Shown one piece after another: positions 38,539 through 49,032 of a DNA stretch of 64,000 nt. The position numbers and the translations under genes were made by a program. Below the pieces are notes generated by a model. It made no database searches, was not told the DNA's origin, and was given only the letters and a program-made list of their open reading frames with translations. The stretch lies in the NCBI GenBank assembly GCA_965655095.1, contig OZ296651.1, forward strand, positions 47,926,001 through 47,990,000, written 5' to 3'. Origin of the DNA: Haplodiscus bocki. Its lineage: Eukaryota. How positions within the stretch are numbered: position 1 is the first letter of the stretch; every line of letters begins with the position of its first letter.

Positions 38539-41500
38539 ATGGTTTACTCACTTTGTTTAACTTTGTTGATGATTTGGTCTTCTTTATGGACAGTTTTGGA
38601 AAAAGATGGAATTGTTTATGTGAACAATGTCGGAGAAGTCTTCAGCTCAGACGTCACCGTTGGGGAATTTTGTGTCTCTTTGTGTCTTCAGGATCACTTG
38701 CAGTTTATGAGGATCGGCAATTCTGATGAGGTTTCGATGACTCGCAGAATGTTACTTTTGTTTCTGTTGAGAAGTGGTATAGAAACCAACCCTGGCCCGC
38801 CAAAAAAAAAGAAATTGTGCAGAGAGCCCAGGAAATGCGTAACATGTGGGCGTTTTTATGGCAGCAAAGACTGCTCCTGTTTCCAATCATCCATGGTAAA
38901 AGCCTCAGTTGGTGAAGACTATTTTGATCGGTCGCTGTTTTCTGCGCCATTCAATACCATGAGTCTTTTCTCGAACGTGCCGAATTCAACAGCTTTTTCA
39001 TGCACAATCGCTAATTTGACGAGAATTTGCATTGTGTTTGGAATACCGTTTGTGGCAAAACCATTGAACACACACTTGTTGGGTGCCAAATCTTTGAACA
39101 GTTTGCATCCATCACAAACTCATCCTGTTCCAGGTGACGGTAATTGTTTGTTCTCTGCTTTAGCGGTGTCAATTGGGTCACAATATTGGTATCATTCACA
39201 ACTACGCCAGCGTATTTGTTTGGCTTTACCCTCCGTAGATATTGCTCCGCATTTTCTGGAAATTTACACAACCATTGATGGAAATGTTGTGGTAGAGACA
39301 GCTTCAAACGTGAACGAATATTTGAATCGTTCCGGAATGAGATCGAATGGTGTGTATGGCACTTGTGTAGAGATCTATGCTTTCGCCCAAATTGCGGTGG
39401 CTGATGTTTACGTTTACCATTGCATGACAAAATTGTGGATAGTTTATAGCTATGCCGGAGATCGTGCTTCAATGGACGTTCCATCTGTCTTCCTGGTACA
39501 TACTCATACAGGTAACCATTTTGAAACGGTAGCAGTGTTGTCGGCAGAAAATCCAAATTCACAGCAAAGTTTGCCTCATGGTTGCGTCCAGAGTTCATTC
39601 CCAGATACGGCATCACAATGCAATGTGATTTCCGCGTCATTTCATGCGAACACTTCTGATCCAAAAGGTAGTGCGTGTTCTGAATTTAAAGTTTTGCCTC
39701 ATTTGTGCGATGAAGGCCTCACATCACCCTCTGTTGGATTGGGCGGTATGCACAACGACCTTTTGTTGCCCAGCAACAGTTGTTTAAGCCTAGCGACAAT
39801 TGAATGTGAAGAAAATGGTTCTAAGTGTGACCCGTTGAGCCCAGGTGTTTGCTTCAATGCCCTGCCTCAGGAGATTCAATCCACGCAATCCGCACACAAT
39901 GGCACAGCCACAATGATTATGAAGAAAGATAACGCCTGTCGTAATGAGGATGCCTCGAGTGACAATTGTGTTTTGACGTCCACTTTTTCAGCCGACAAAG
40001 CACAAAACAGAGAAATGTGCGGTAAATGTTGTCGAATTTCAACTCCTGCTTATCCTTTGCAATGGCAAACTCTTGAAAAAACAGCAATCAAACGAAGGAG
40101 ATTTGGTTTGCGACCTACTGCTACCTGTCTGGTCTGCCAAAGTTGTTTCAATTACAATAATGGCGGAAATTGTTGGCGGTACGCTTGGCCTTCCGTGATT
40201 CATTCGTTACTGAAGGATCTCAGCATTCGAGATTGTACTATGAAAAAATTTGTTTCTTTTTTACCTCCCGAAATACGCGACAGTTGGGCTATGTGTCAAC
40301 ATCTGCATCCTGCTGTTTCTATGGGTGATCCATCTGTTCTAGTTGATATAACAAAACGGAAAGAAGTTTTTCTGGACAAAATAAATTCGGGTAATTTCAC
40401 TGATTTGGAGGAAGCCTTAGATAATGAATGTTATCCAAATTGTAGATGTCCCTTCGGTTGTTTCACATTTGTTGAAGAAACAGGTCGAATCGGTTTCAAC
40501 CACCTTGTAAATGGGATTTTGCCTTCATTCACATCGTTCAGCTCTGATTACTTGTACCATTTGCGAGGTGCAAGAGACGATTGGTTGAAACCAATGAAAG
40601 TTTTGGATGCGTTTGATGTTTCCGGCTTTGTCAGTGTTAATGGGGCATATGGCCTTGTTATCGGAACTTGTGTGCAGCATAACAATGGGTCTCACCTGCA
40701 GTATCTTCACCCGCCTGCACACCCGTCTCTGGGACGTCTCAGTGTTCCTACCAACGACAGATTAGCATTTGTTGCTCCAAATTTGCGTATTTTGAAGAAT
40801 GCCAAAGCGAATTACGCTAGTCACACTTTCCAGTTGCTGAAAGCTGTCGGTAATTATTCAGGCATTAGTAGCATTCGCTTGAGCTCTCAACGCCGTTGGG
40901 ATATTACTTCGGATCTGTTAGTGAAGGCGGAATCTCAATGTAGTTTTTACCGAAGCGATATTCAATATTTTTTGAATAGCTTAGTGTCTTCTGGCGAAAC
41001 AACTGATGAAATCCGACAAGGCATTCAAAGTAAACCGAACATTGAACAGTCGGCTGCTTCTCTTTCCGCATCAACAAGTGTGTCTATAACGGATACGTAT
41101 CGTTTATTCAGTTCTCCTGGATTGACTGATGGACAACGCTTATGCGCAAAATTCAAGTCTGTGACGTTCGCTCAGCCTCCGAATTCGTTTGGTTCCTCTC
41201 CTCCAAAAATTTTGAGCTGCAAGACTCACTTTTTGTCGTTGTTGCAAACTTTATTTTGCATCTCTCCTCAACTGTGTCGATCCATATCTGATTCAGCTGG
41301 TGTTGATAATGCGATTTTTCCTTTGCTGCAATTTTTGGACCCTGTAATTTTTCCAAGGTTCCGTCGCTGCACAAGAAAAACTGTGGATGCGTCTATGAGT
41401 GATGGATTGTCGAAGTTGTTTACAAGATTTCCGGAAAGTCCATCTCGTTGTCTCAGTTTCGGTGTGTCACAATTTTGTGATGATGTCATCCATGAAAACG

Positions 41501-44500
41501 TGGCAAGCCGTCAAGATATTTGGCATTTTTTGGAAGCTCAAGAATTTGAAGGTGTAAATGTCATACTTTTTTCATACGCGGGAGTAAATACTTTGCGTTC
41601 TAAATTCAAAGCTCCTCTGAACTTCCAAACTGCTCAGTCCGTTTTCGAGTTGAAATTTATTGCTACTGAAGGTTTAGCGACTCGTAATAACATTCTTTTG
41701 AGGCATGGTGGTGTCTTTCAAAGTTTTTGGGTGTATAAAAGCAAAAGTATTTTTCCTGAACAGGTGAGGCTGCCTTGTGATAGAGCGGTTGATCATTTTA
41801 TTAATGACTATTGGAATATCTGTGTTTACTATCGACAGACCTTTGCCGATATTAGTGAGTTGCGGTCGAAATATTTTGAAACACTGGCAGGTCAAGGAAA
41901 ATTCTTTTGTAAAAAGCATTCTCTGTTACTCACCCGTGATTTTCTTTCAAGTGGTTTCAAATGCTCATGTGGTAGAAGTTCTTTTTTACGTTGTCCAGTG
42001 TCTGGTTGTTTGGCAAGTGTTTGCAGGATGCATTCTGAAGATGAAAGTCAGGAAAAGCACTTTGTTTTTGATGGTAAAAAAAGGATCTTTGGTGAGTCCA
42101 CAAAAAACTCAGCGTGCGGCTCAAGTCAGTTAGATGATTGTAGCTATAGCCGTGTTTCTGTCGATTCAGAGAATCGGTCCACATCGCCTACCAACACTGT
42201 CGCGTCCTCGGAATTTGTTACCAACCCTGGCCTTTTAGAGGAAGATTCTGAGGGATCGCATGTTTCGCTGCCTGTTACAACTGCTGCTGGAGATTCAACT
42301 GTTGTTTTGGAACGTGATTTCCGAATAGACAGCACTGATTTTCAGCTCCCACTACATGTTTTATTGAATGGTCAATGCGGTTTACTGAAAAGGAGTAAAG
42401 GGTCTCCGTTGTATGTTGCAGCTAGACATAAGAGATTTCTGGAGAATATCACTGCAACGTCGCCCCCTAATTCTGTCCCTTTGCTTCAGCCGGAAGCCAT
42501 GTTGTTTCCGTCCATCTTTTGGCACCAAAATACAGACGGCAGTTATTCGGGTGCAATACCGTCTCCTTTGTATAATGATCACAAACAAAACGAATTGCTC
42601 GGCTTCGCTAGCTTAGAACAACATTTACAAACGCGCTTGAAAGATTCGTCTCTGTTGACGTCAACGGATCCTCGTTACGTCCAATACGTATTTGACACAA
42701 TATTTAACCTACAGCTGCGTGTCAATGACACCAGAATAGTATTGAACAGAGGTTGGAGTGAAGCCGCTCGGCAACGAAAAAATGTACATGCCATGCGAGA
42801 AGGGGCAATTTTTTTTGATCAATGCGATTCTCGGAAGAATGTCAATGAATTGGGAGCAGCTTTGAAAGAACGACCAGCTACATATTTTTTCACTTACACT
42901 TGTGGGCAGTCAACGCATCCTGGCTTGAGGAAGATTTTTAGTGCGTTGGACGCAAAGTTTCCGAAAGACGTCTGTAAAGAGGAGGTCCGAAAATCAGCGA
43001 TTCAATCTGAAATGGTCACCATGTTGAGAGCGTGGGAACGAGCTTCTCGTCTTGTCATGAAGTACATTGAAACGTCACCCGAGCAGCCATTGGGAAAGGT
43101 TAATAAGATTTGGTATCGGTATGAGTTTCAAGATGAAGCTTGTGGGTTCCCTCATGTACATGCTTTGATTTGGACGGCAGAAGATTGCTTTAGTGAAGCA
43201 ATAAGGTCTAGAATTTGTTGCTCGGCAACAACGTTTCTGGGGAATTTATTGACTGAAGTTGGTTCGCACAATTATAGTTTGGATGAGTTGAACGAGTCAC
43301 GAGATCTGTTCAACCGTTACCAATCACACAGCTGTTTTAAAGCTAAATTTCGTTGTCAGAAAAAAACTGACAAATTGAAAAGAAAAACGTGCCGCGTGCC
43401 CAAATACCCTCCTTCTGCTAATTTTACCTACAAATGTATTCACAAAGAACTGTCTGAGGAAACGATAGCAGTTTTGAAGAACATCGGATTAGCTGAGTCG
43501 AGTGACTTTGATTGTTCTGTCACCATTGATCAGCGCCTTTGTGGTGGCAAGCATCATTATCCAACAGAAAGTAACACGCACACTTCTCCAACAAACGCCA
43601 AAATTTTTGCCCTCGTCCGATCTAGCACCAATCTACAAATTTGCGACATTTACATGAGTAGCCGTTATCTGTCAAAATATGTTGCAGGCGTGGAGGAACG
43701 CGCCGAAGTTTCTATTTCTACGTCAAGTGCAACAGATTTGTATGACTTCCATGTTGATCAACAAGTGAACAACAAAATCGCTGGGGTATACTTGACCAAT
43801 ATGAGCAAGGAGGAAAAGCCAAAGAAAAAGTGTTTGAACTCTCGCATTTTGAGTTTAACGGAATCCGTGTGGTGGTCATTGCGATTTCCTTACGTGGTGA
43901 CCAATATACAATTCATTCATGTTGTCACTGCCCCGCGAGAGAAACGGGCTGGAATAGTCATTGAACCGAAATGCAGGCTTTCTAGTAGCAATCAGGGTCC
44001 TCTTTTTGGGCGCCAGAGTTCCATTAGACACAGCAAGGACTTTCCTCCTCACCGTTGCTTCACGGTTAATCAGAAGCTGCTGATAATTGATGCAGAAAAA
44101 AGTTCTCTTTCTCCAGACAAGATAACAGTTTTTGGTGTACGACCCCCTGAACTAACTTTTGTGCTCAAAGTGGAAAACTATTTTACTTGGTTCTGCCGCT
44201 TCCGAAAGCCCTCAAAGTTGACACCAGAAAGTTTACTAAAGAGAAATGTAACCAAATCATATTGGGTGGATGGCCTCGGCTATTGCATATACCTTAATGC
44301 TTTGTACAAAGAAGCTTTTTTCAACTACTGTCGCAACTTTTCTAGTGGGGTCCGTCGTTTCTCCAGGCAATGTCATGAAGCCATTGCATGTACAACGAGC
44401 AGTTCAAGTCACAAGTTCATTTATGACAAAAAGGTTTGTCAAACTCAAGTAGTTTTATCGAACGTTGTTCCGAGGAACACAACCAATTTTTTGACCCACA

Positions 44501-46836
44501 TTCTGTTGTCTCTTGGAGAATACGTAACCGAACTTGACATTTTTTCTCAATCGAATATGAAATCTGCGTTCTTTGAGGCTTCTTTAGCGAGGTCTCATTT
44601 GGGATGCGAAGATTCCGAAGTTATTGATGTTGTTCGGCGCTTTGTGCTTGAACAATTACGCTATTATCCAGGATCATCTACTTTACTAGATCGATTTGTT
44701 ACCAGTGCCTATTTGTGCATCCAGCAAGCAGCACAAAATAATTCGGTCGTTTTTCCGTGCTCAACACCGCGCGTCTTAGAACAGAGTATTGTGCAGCAGA
44801 GTGACAGCAATATTTCACACGAATTAAATGCGCAGAAAGAGAGTCTTCTGTGTGCCATTGCCAATGGGGGTTATGTTGGTTTACCAACGTATGCAGAATT
44901 GATGAACGCCACCTTAGCACGTCCTTTTACTTGGAGCCAGAAGATACATAAAGCGCGCAACCAGACTGACGAATCATTGCATGATCAACAGAATATTTTG
45001 GATTACGTTTGTTCTTTGTACGATAATTATTGTTCTTGTACGACTGCCTTTATTAAACATCAGTTCATAGTTGGTCCACCAGGTACAGGAAAGAGCCATG
45101 TGTTGATCCATTGTGTGATCGCGGCTCTAGCTAGGGGATTGAGATGCGTCATAACTAGTGTCGCTGCGGAGAGAGCTTCACTTTTCGGCGGAAGACACAT
45201 AAACACTTTAATCCCTTTCCCTGTCGTTCAAAATGGAACGGTGACTCATCTAGTTTCGCATGCATTGAACACTCTTGCCCGAGATCCTCTAAAATTTACT
45301 TTTTTGGAGAGGTTGGATGTTTTATTTGTCGAGGAAGTCTCAATGATTTCAGCTGAACTTTGGTCCGCAATGGACAATGTGTTGCAAGCCGTGTCTGAAA
45401 ACAATCTTCCTTTTGGAGGAAAGATTGTTATTTGCACAGGTGATTTTCGTCAACTTCCGCCTCCTACGGGAACGTTCCTTTTGCTGAGCAACTCGGTGTT
45501 AGCTAATTCCGAGGTTCGGTATTTGAAGCACTATGTGAGGATGCAGAACCAGCAAGGAAAGAGACTTCTGGATTTGCTGTCTGAATATCCTGTGACAGAA
45601 GCATGTATTAAGGAGTGTTGTGAGATCATTGACAAGTTCTGTATTTTTGTAAGCACGTGGACGGAAGTCCCTCTGGATATTTTGAGAGTGTTCAGTACGC
45701 GAGTTGCGGAAAAAGAGGCCGTGGAAGAGAGAATATCGTTTGTGACAACACATCAAAACATACAGAGTGTGTCTTTCCATTGCAAGGATGAAATGTCAAA
45801 TACAGGAACCCAGAATTGGGTTACCGCAACAGCACCCGTCAGCAAGTTCCTCAACCGAAGTTGCCTTGAGCCAGAGTCTTTGTTTATACATGTTGGGTGT
45901 GTATTGCGCTTAACTTGCAATTTGCCATCGCTGAAACTGTTCCAGGGACAATTGTGTTTAGTTGAATCGTTCGATGAAAATGATCCTCATATTGTTGTGA
46001 GAGTTGCACCAGCCGGAGTAAGGTCTGTGTCATCTAACAACCCGGACGTTAATTCCTGGAGACTTGTAGTTGTTCGTAAAAGAATTGGCGTTCTCCATAA
46101 GTATAGCAATTCTACCGTTTGCAGAGGTGTTCAGTTTCCTTTGAAAATGTATGTGGCGTCAACGGTTCACAAAATAATGGGTGACACTGTTCCAAGCTTG
46201 GCAACACAGATTGTTGGTGGTAAAAAATTTTCCTACTGGCTGAAAGAGCAGCTTTATGTAGTTGTTAGTCGGGTCACTGATCTTTCCCATATAACGTTTG
46301 TCGGTGACAAGCAGCGTACACTTGATGCAATTAATCTTCTTTGCCGCAAAGATAGCCATTTGGTACCTTTGATAGATAACTTTTTGTCGTCTCGTGGCAG
46401 TTGTAATTCCGGTGTTTCAGCGATCCAGACATTTTATCCCTTTCCCTTACGTGTTTTTGATGTACCCCTTTCGGCAATTGGTTACTGTTATTTGTTGGTG
46501 AGCGTTAAACGCAGGGAACTTTTTTACATTGGAAGCTGTAAGACGTTGCGGCGACGATTGCAGGAGCATAATTCGGGAAATGGGAGCGCATTTACAAAGC
46601 CTGTTGAAAGAAGACCCTGGGCTTTAGTTGCTTACGTGACGGGGTTTTCCAACGCTGTTTCCCGAAGCCGTTACTCTTTCGAACAGGATTGGCAAAGAGC
46701 AATGGTTAATCACAAATATTCGAATGTGATGCTAACGCTTGCAGATTACTTGTCAGAATGCCATGTTCTTATGGATTTGTATAAAGTTACAGGTATCGAA
46801 ACAGCCCTGGAATGTGATTGCATGCAGAATTTTTAG
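38539..46836 (+). CDS. Helitron-like RepHel polyprotein (~2,765 aa): leader/2A-like, OTU cysteine protease, Cys-rich region, HUH Rep, Pif1-family helicase, SLX1-like GIY-YIG endonuclease
   Basis: OTU: PGDGNCLF...GNHFE (39121-39531). Rep motifs: TYFFTYTC (~42880), YRYEFQ...PHVHALIW (HVH at 43153-43161), YMSSRYLSKY (~43651-43680). Helicase: GPPGTGKS (45073), FVEEVSM, PFGG..GDFRQLPP, QFPLK..TVHKIMG, QLYVVVSRV. GIY-YIG: GYCYLL..FYIG..RRRLQEHN..RPW..GF..FEQDWQ (46477-46700). Start placed at the ATG (MVYS) shared with B1; the ORF track begins at an upstream GTG (38494). Confidence 0.93.
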   Translation: MVYSLCLTLLMIWSSLWTVLEKDGIVYVNNVGEVFSSDVTVGEFCVSLCLQDHLQFMRIGNSDEVSMTRRMLLLFLLRSGIETNPGPPKKKKLCREPRKCVTCGRFYGSKDCSCFQSSMVKASVGEDYFDRSLFSAPFNTMSLFSNVPNSTAFSCTIANLTRICIVFGIPFVAKPLNTHLLGAKSLNSLHPSQTHPVPGDGNCLFSALAVSIGSQYWYHSQLRQRICLALPSVDIAPHFLEIYTTIDGNVVVETASNVNEYLNRSGMRSNGVYGTCVEIYAFAQIAVADVYVYHCMTKLWIVYSYAGDRASMDVPSVFLVHTHTGNHFETVAVLSAENPNSQQSLPHGCVQSSFPDTASQCNVISASFHANTSDPKGSACSEFKVLPHLCDEGLTSPSVGLGGMHNDLLLPSNSCLSLATIECEENGSKCDPLSPGVCFNALPQEIQSTQSAHNGTATMIMKKDNACRNEDASSDNCVLTSTFSADKAQNREMCGKCCRISTPAYPLQWQTLEKTAIKRRRFGLRPTATCLVCQSCFNYNNGGNCWRYAWPSVIHSLLKDLSIRDCTMKKFVSFLPPEIRDSWAMCQHLHPAVSMGDPSVLVDITKRKEVFLDKINSGNFTDLEEALDNECYPNCRCPFGCFTFVEETGRIGFNHLVNGILPSFTSFSSDYLYHLRGARDDWLKPMKVLDAFDVSGFVSVNGAYGLVIGTCVQHNNGSHLQYLHPPAHPSLGRLSVPTNDRLAFVAPNLRILKNAKANYASHTFQLLKAVGNYSGISSIRLSSQRRWDITSDLLVKAESQCSFYRSDIQYFLNSLVSSGETTDEIRQGIQSKPNIEQSAASLSASTSVSITDTYRLFSSPGLTDGQRLCAKFKSVTFAQPPNSFGSSPPKILSCKTHFLSLLQTLFCISPQLCRSISDSAGVDNAIFPLLQFLDPVIFPRFRRCTRKTVDASMSDGLSKLFTRFPESPSRCLSFGVSQFCDDVIHENVASRQDIWHFLEAQEFEGVNVILFSYAGVNTLRSKFKAPLNFQTAQSVFELKFIATEGLATRNNILLRHGGVFQSFWVYKSKSIFPEQVRLPCDRAVDHFINDYWNICVYYRQTFADISELRSKYFETLAGQGKFFCKKHSLLLTRDFLSSGFKCSCGRSSFLRCPVSGCLASVCRMHSEDESQEKHFVFDGKKRIFGESTKNSACGSSQLDDCSYSRVSVDSENRSTSPTNTVASSEFVTNPGLLEEDSEGSHVSLPVTTAAGDSTVVLERDFRIDSTDFQLPLHVLLNGQCGLLKRSKGSPLYVAARHKRFLENITATSPPNSVPLLQPEAMLFPSIFWHQNTDGSYSGAIPSPLYNDHKQNELLGFASLEQHLQTRLKDSSLLTSTDPRYVQYVFDTIFNLQLRVNDTRIVLNRGWSEAARQRKNVHAMREGAIFFDQCDSRKNVNELGAALKERPATYFFTYTCGQSTHPGLRKIFSALDAKFPKDVCKEEVRKSAIQSEMVTMLRAWERASRLVMKYIETSPEQPLGKVNKIWYRYEFQDEACGFPHVHALIWTAEDCFSEAIRSRICCSATTFLGNLLTEVGSHNYSLDELNESRDLFNRYQSHSCFKAKFRCQKKTDKLKRKTCRVPKYPPSANFTYKCIHKELSEETIAVLKNIGLAESSDFDCSVTIDQRLCGGKHHYPTESNTHTSPTNAKIFALVRSSTNLQICDIYMSSRYLSKYVAGVEERAEVSISTSSATDLYDFHVDQQVNNKIAGVYLTNMSKEEKPKKKCLNSRILSLTESVWWSLRFPYVVTNIQFIHVVTAPREKRAGIVIEPKCRLSSSNQGPLFGRQSSIRHSKDFPPHRCFTVNQKLLIIDAEKSSLSPDKITVFGVRPPELTFVLKVENYFTWFCRFRKPSKLTPESLLKRNVTKSYWVDGLGYCIYLNALYKEAFFNYCRNFSSGVRRFSRQCHEAIACTTSSSSHKFIYDKKVCQTQVVLSNVVPRNTTNFLTHILLSLGEYVTELDIFSQSNMKSAFFEASLARSHLGCEDSEVIDVVRRFVLEQLRYYPGSSTLLDRFVTSAYLCIQQAAQNNSVVFPCSTPRVLEQSIVQQSDSNISHELNAQKESLLCAIANGGYVGLPTYAELMNATLARPFTWSQKIHKARNQTDESLHDQQNILDYVCSLYDNYCSCTTAFIKHQFIVGPPGTGKSHVLIHCVIAALARGLRCVITSVAAERASLFGGRHINTLIPFPVVQNGTVTHLVSHALNTLARDPLKFTFLERLDVLFVEEVSMISAELWSAMDNVLQAVSENNLPFGGKIVICTGDFRQLPPPTGTFLLLSNSVLANSEVRYLKHYVRMQNQQGKRLLDLLSEYPVTEACIKECCEIIDKFCIFVSTWTEVPLDILRVFSTRVAEKEAVEERISFVTTHQNIQSVSFHCKDEMSNTGTQNWVTATAPVSKFLNRSCLEPESLFIHVGCVLRLTCNLPSLKLFQGQLCLVESFDENDPHIVVRVAPAGVRSVSSNNPDVNSWRLVVVRKRIGVLHKYSNSTVCRGVQFPLKMYVASTVHKIMGDTVPSLATQIVGGKKFSYWLKEQLYVVVSRVTDLSHITFVGDKQRTLDAINLLCRKDSHLVPLIDNFLSSRGSCNSGVSAIQTFYPFPLRVFDVPLSAIGYCYLLVSVKRRELFYIGSCKTLRRRLQEHNSGNGSAFTKPVERRPWALVAYVTGFSNAVSRSRYSFEQDWQRAMVNHKYSNVMLTLADYLSECHVLMDLYKVTGIETALECDCMQNF

Positions 46837-48176
46837 TGTTTATTTGATTGTTCATATGTAATTGTCTACAACGATTTAGACTTTTGTAAAACTGCCATCG
46901 AGAAAACCGATTGTATTTCAAAAGTATTCCTGAACATTGGTTTGTCCGAAGCCAACTTTTCAGCAAATAATTTTTGTAGCCAATCATGTTGATTGATTTG
47001 ATTCTTTGCCATTGTTTGCTGTTAGTTTTGAGCCAACCTTTGAAAAAGAGGATGTGTTGTAATAGTTGGAAGATTAATTTTGTAACGGGATGTCGTTTTC
47101 ATTTTTATCACCTTTTCGTTGGACTCACTGAGTAACTTTGTTTAGATTCGTGATCGAACTTTTATGCTATGATACTTTATGGAATAACGTACACAATTAT
47201 ATCACACGGTAATTGAAAGAATCATACAATCCTTTTCCGCCATAATTTGTTTTGACATGTGTCTGTAATTACACTGAAGGAGCTGTTTTGATGTTTTTGG
47301 GAGATTGTTTCCAATATTTCAGACGCTATAGGGGTTTAACTTTTTGTTCGGTAATCAGTGCAGAAATTTATTGAAAAAATTGTCAACTGCAAGAGAATGT
47401 GACGGGGTTTCTACAATGTGACATTGCTGTTTATGTTTTGTGATTGTATCACTGACTGTGAGCTGTTTTAGATGTTAATTCTGACTCATATAATGATATA
47501 TTTTTTTATAGCTGACGGAGGCAATTTAGCTTTCATGTTTTGTTTTGCTGGTTGCTCAGCAACCGCCGACGCAAGTTCTCAATTAGAATGTTGTTTGTTA
47601 GATGAACGTATATGAGTTGGTTGTCCAGCAACCCATGTTCTACAAACTGGCCTGGAAACATAAAGAGATAGCAGCGGAGTTCATTTGTAGCGCGGCACCT
47701 TTCAAATCCATTCCATATTCCTTGTTACGGAAGCTGTGAACACTTTTTCTTTCAAGTCATTAAACGCTCTATCATTTGTTTTATGAGAAGCTTTTTTATT
47801 ATCGTTACTTTTGTGAATTGAAGTGTTTCACCACTATGTACTTCTTTGCAGCGATTAAAGAGGGGCTCTTATTTCGTGCATATCGAGTTGTTTGAGTGAG
47901 ATTTTCATTCTTCGGGTATGTGGCTATTGTATTTTTTATAAAATTTCCTTTCCTCAAAGAACATTTCTGATTTTTGACCGTATTGACGACTCTGTAGCTG
48001 TGTGACCGTTGTGAATTTTTGTTTGACTTCGTTTTTGTTCTAATAAGCAAATGACATGAATGAAAGGAGATTCTGGAGTTTGAGTAGGTTTTTCTAATTG
48101 CAAAGTAAACAATATAAAGTATGTTTCGTTCGTTTGTTTGTTTTCATAATACATTGTCTTTCGGTTTCCGGTTGTT

Positions 48177-48830
48177 ATGTCTGAATATTTTGTTTTGGCG
48201 GCCTCTTCCCTTTATTGGGCAGCTCAGGAGAAACCTTACCTCTTTGATCCTTTCAAGTCACAATTTTGTGCAATTTCTGGTGCTTCGCTAAATAACTACC
48301 AACCAGAAAAAAACATTTGTTATCTTCTTCAATCGAATTCCTGCAACACTAATGGAAGAAAGGTTATCATTTGGCATGATGCTGTCAATAACTCTTTGTC
48401 AAGCAAGAAGAATCCGGCAATGAGTCCTGAGGCTTTTTTCAGTAAACTGGCGTACTTGAGAAAATTCAATGTCGTGGCTTTTTCCTACTTACCACGATCA
48501 GGAGCGCATAATTTAAACGAGCTCTTGGAAAATTGTCCAACAGGAATTATTTTTTTGAAAATGAAATCGATTCTATCAAAACGGTACAAACTTTTACTTG
48601 ATGAAAGTAACGATCTGCACCTGAATAGCTTGTTAGAGAATCATATGCTATCCAGAACACTGTTGAACAATGGTTTGCAGGATTTGACTTTGCGTCGGTG
48701 CCGCAATAGACGCAATAATCTCCGAAACAAAGTTAGTGTTTTAGTTTTTGGTTTCTGTTTTATTGACAATTTCGAAGATAAGCAGCAACATATTTTTGCC
48801 ACAATTTTTGAAAGAAAACCGGAACGTTAG
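48177..48830 (+). CDS. SGNH/GDSL-hydrolase-like accessory protein (B2)
   Basis: Paralogue of 33137-33790 with the same motifs. Confidence 0.55.
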   Translation: MSEYFVLAASSLYWAAQEKPYLFDPFKSQFCAISGASLNNYQPEKNICYLLQSNSCNTNGRKVIIWHDAVNNSLSSKKNPAMSPEAFFSKLAYLRKFNVVAFSYLPRSGAHNLNELLENCPTGIIFLKMKSILSKRYKLLLDESNDLHLNSLLENHMLSRTLLNNGLQDLTLRRCRNRRNNLRNKVSVLVFGFCFIDNFEDKQQHIFATIFERKPER

Positions 48831-48992
48831 TGATTACACGGTTGATGCATTTAACATCCGAACCAAGTGAGTAGATACAAATTTCGTGCATAACATATTC
48901 ACTTTACTCAGTGTCAATAGTTTAAAGTTTTTGGTAACCAAATCCGGAGTTGGAAGAGTTAACTGGAGAGTTTTTTATGCTTCAATAACAGC

Positions 48993-49032
48993 ACTTGCTT
49001 GTTTTCACGATTCATCGTGAAAACAAGCAAGT
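48993..49032. repeat. Perfect 19-bp inverted repeat in B2
   Basis: Identical to 33953-33992. Confidence 0.95.

Noticed and set aside
23989-46359. Numerous antisense and alternative-frame ORFs overlapping RepHel
   Set aside because: Shadow ORFs of a long coding sequence; their lengths and stops vary between B1 and B2.
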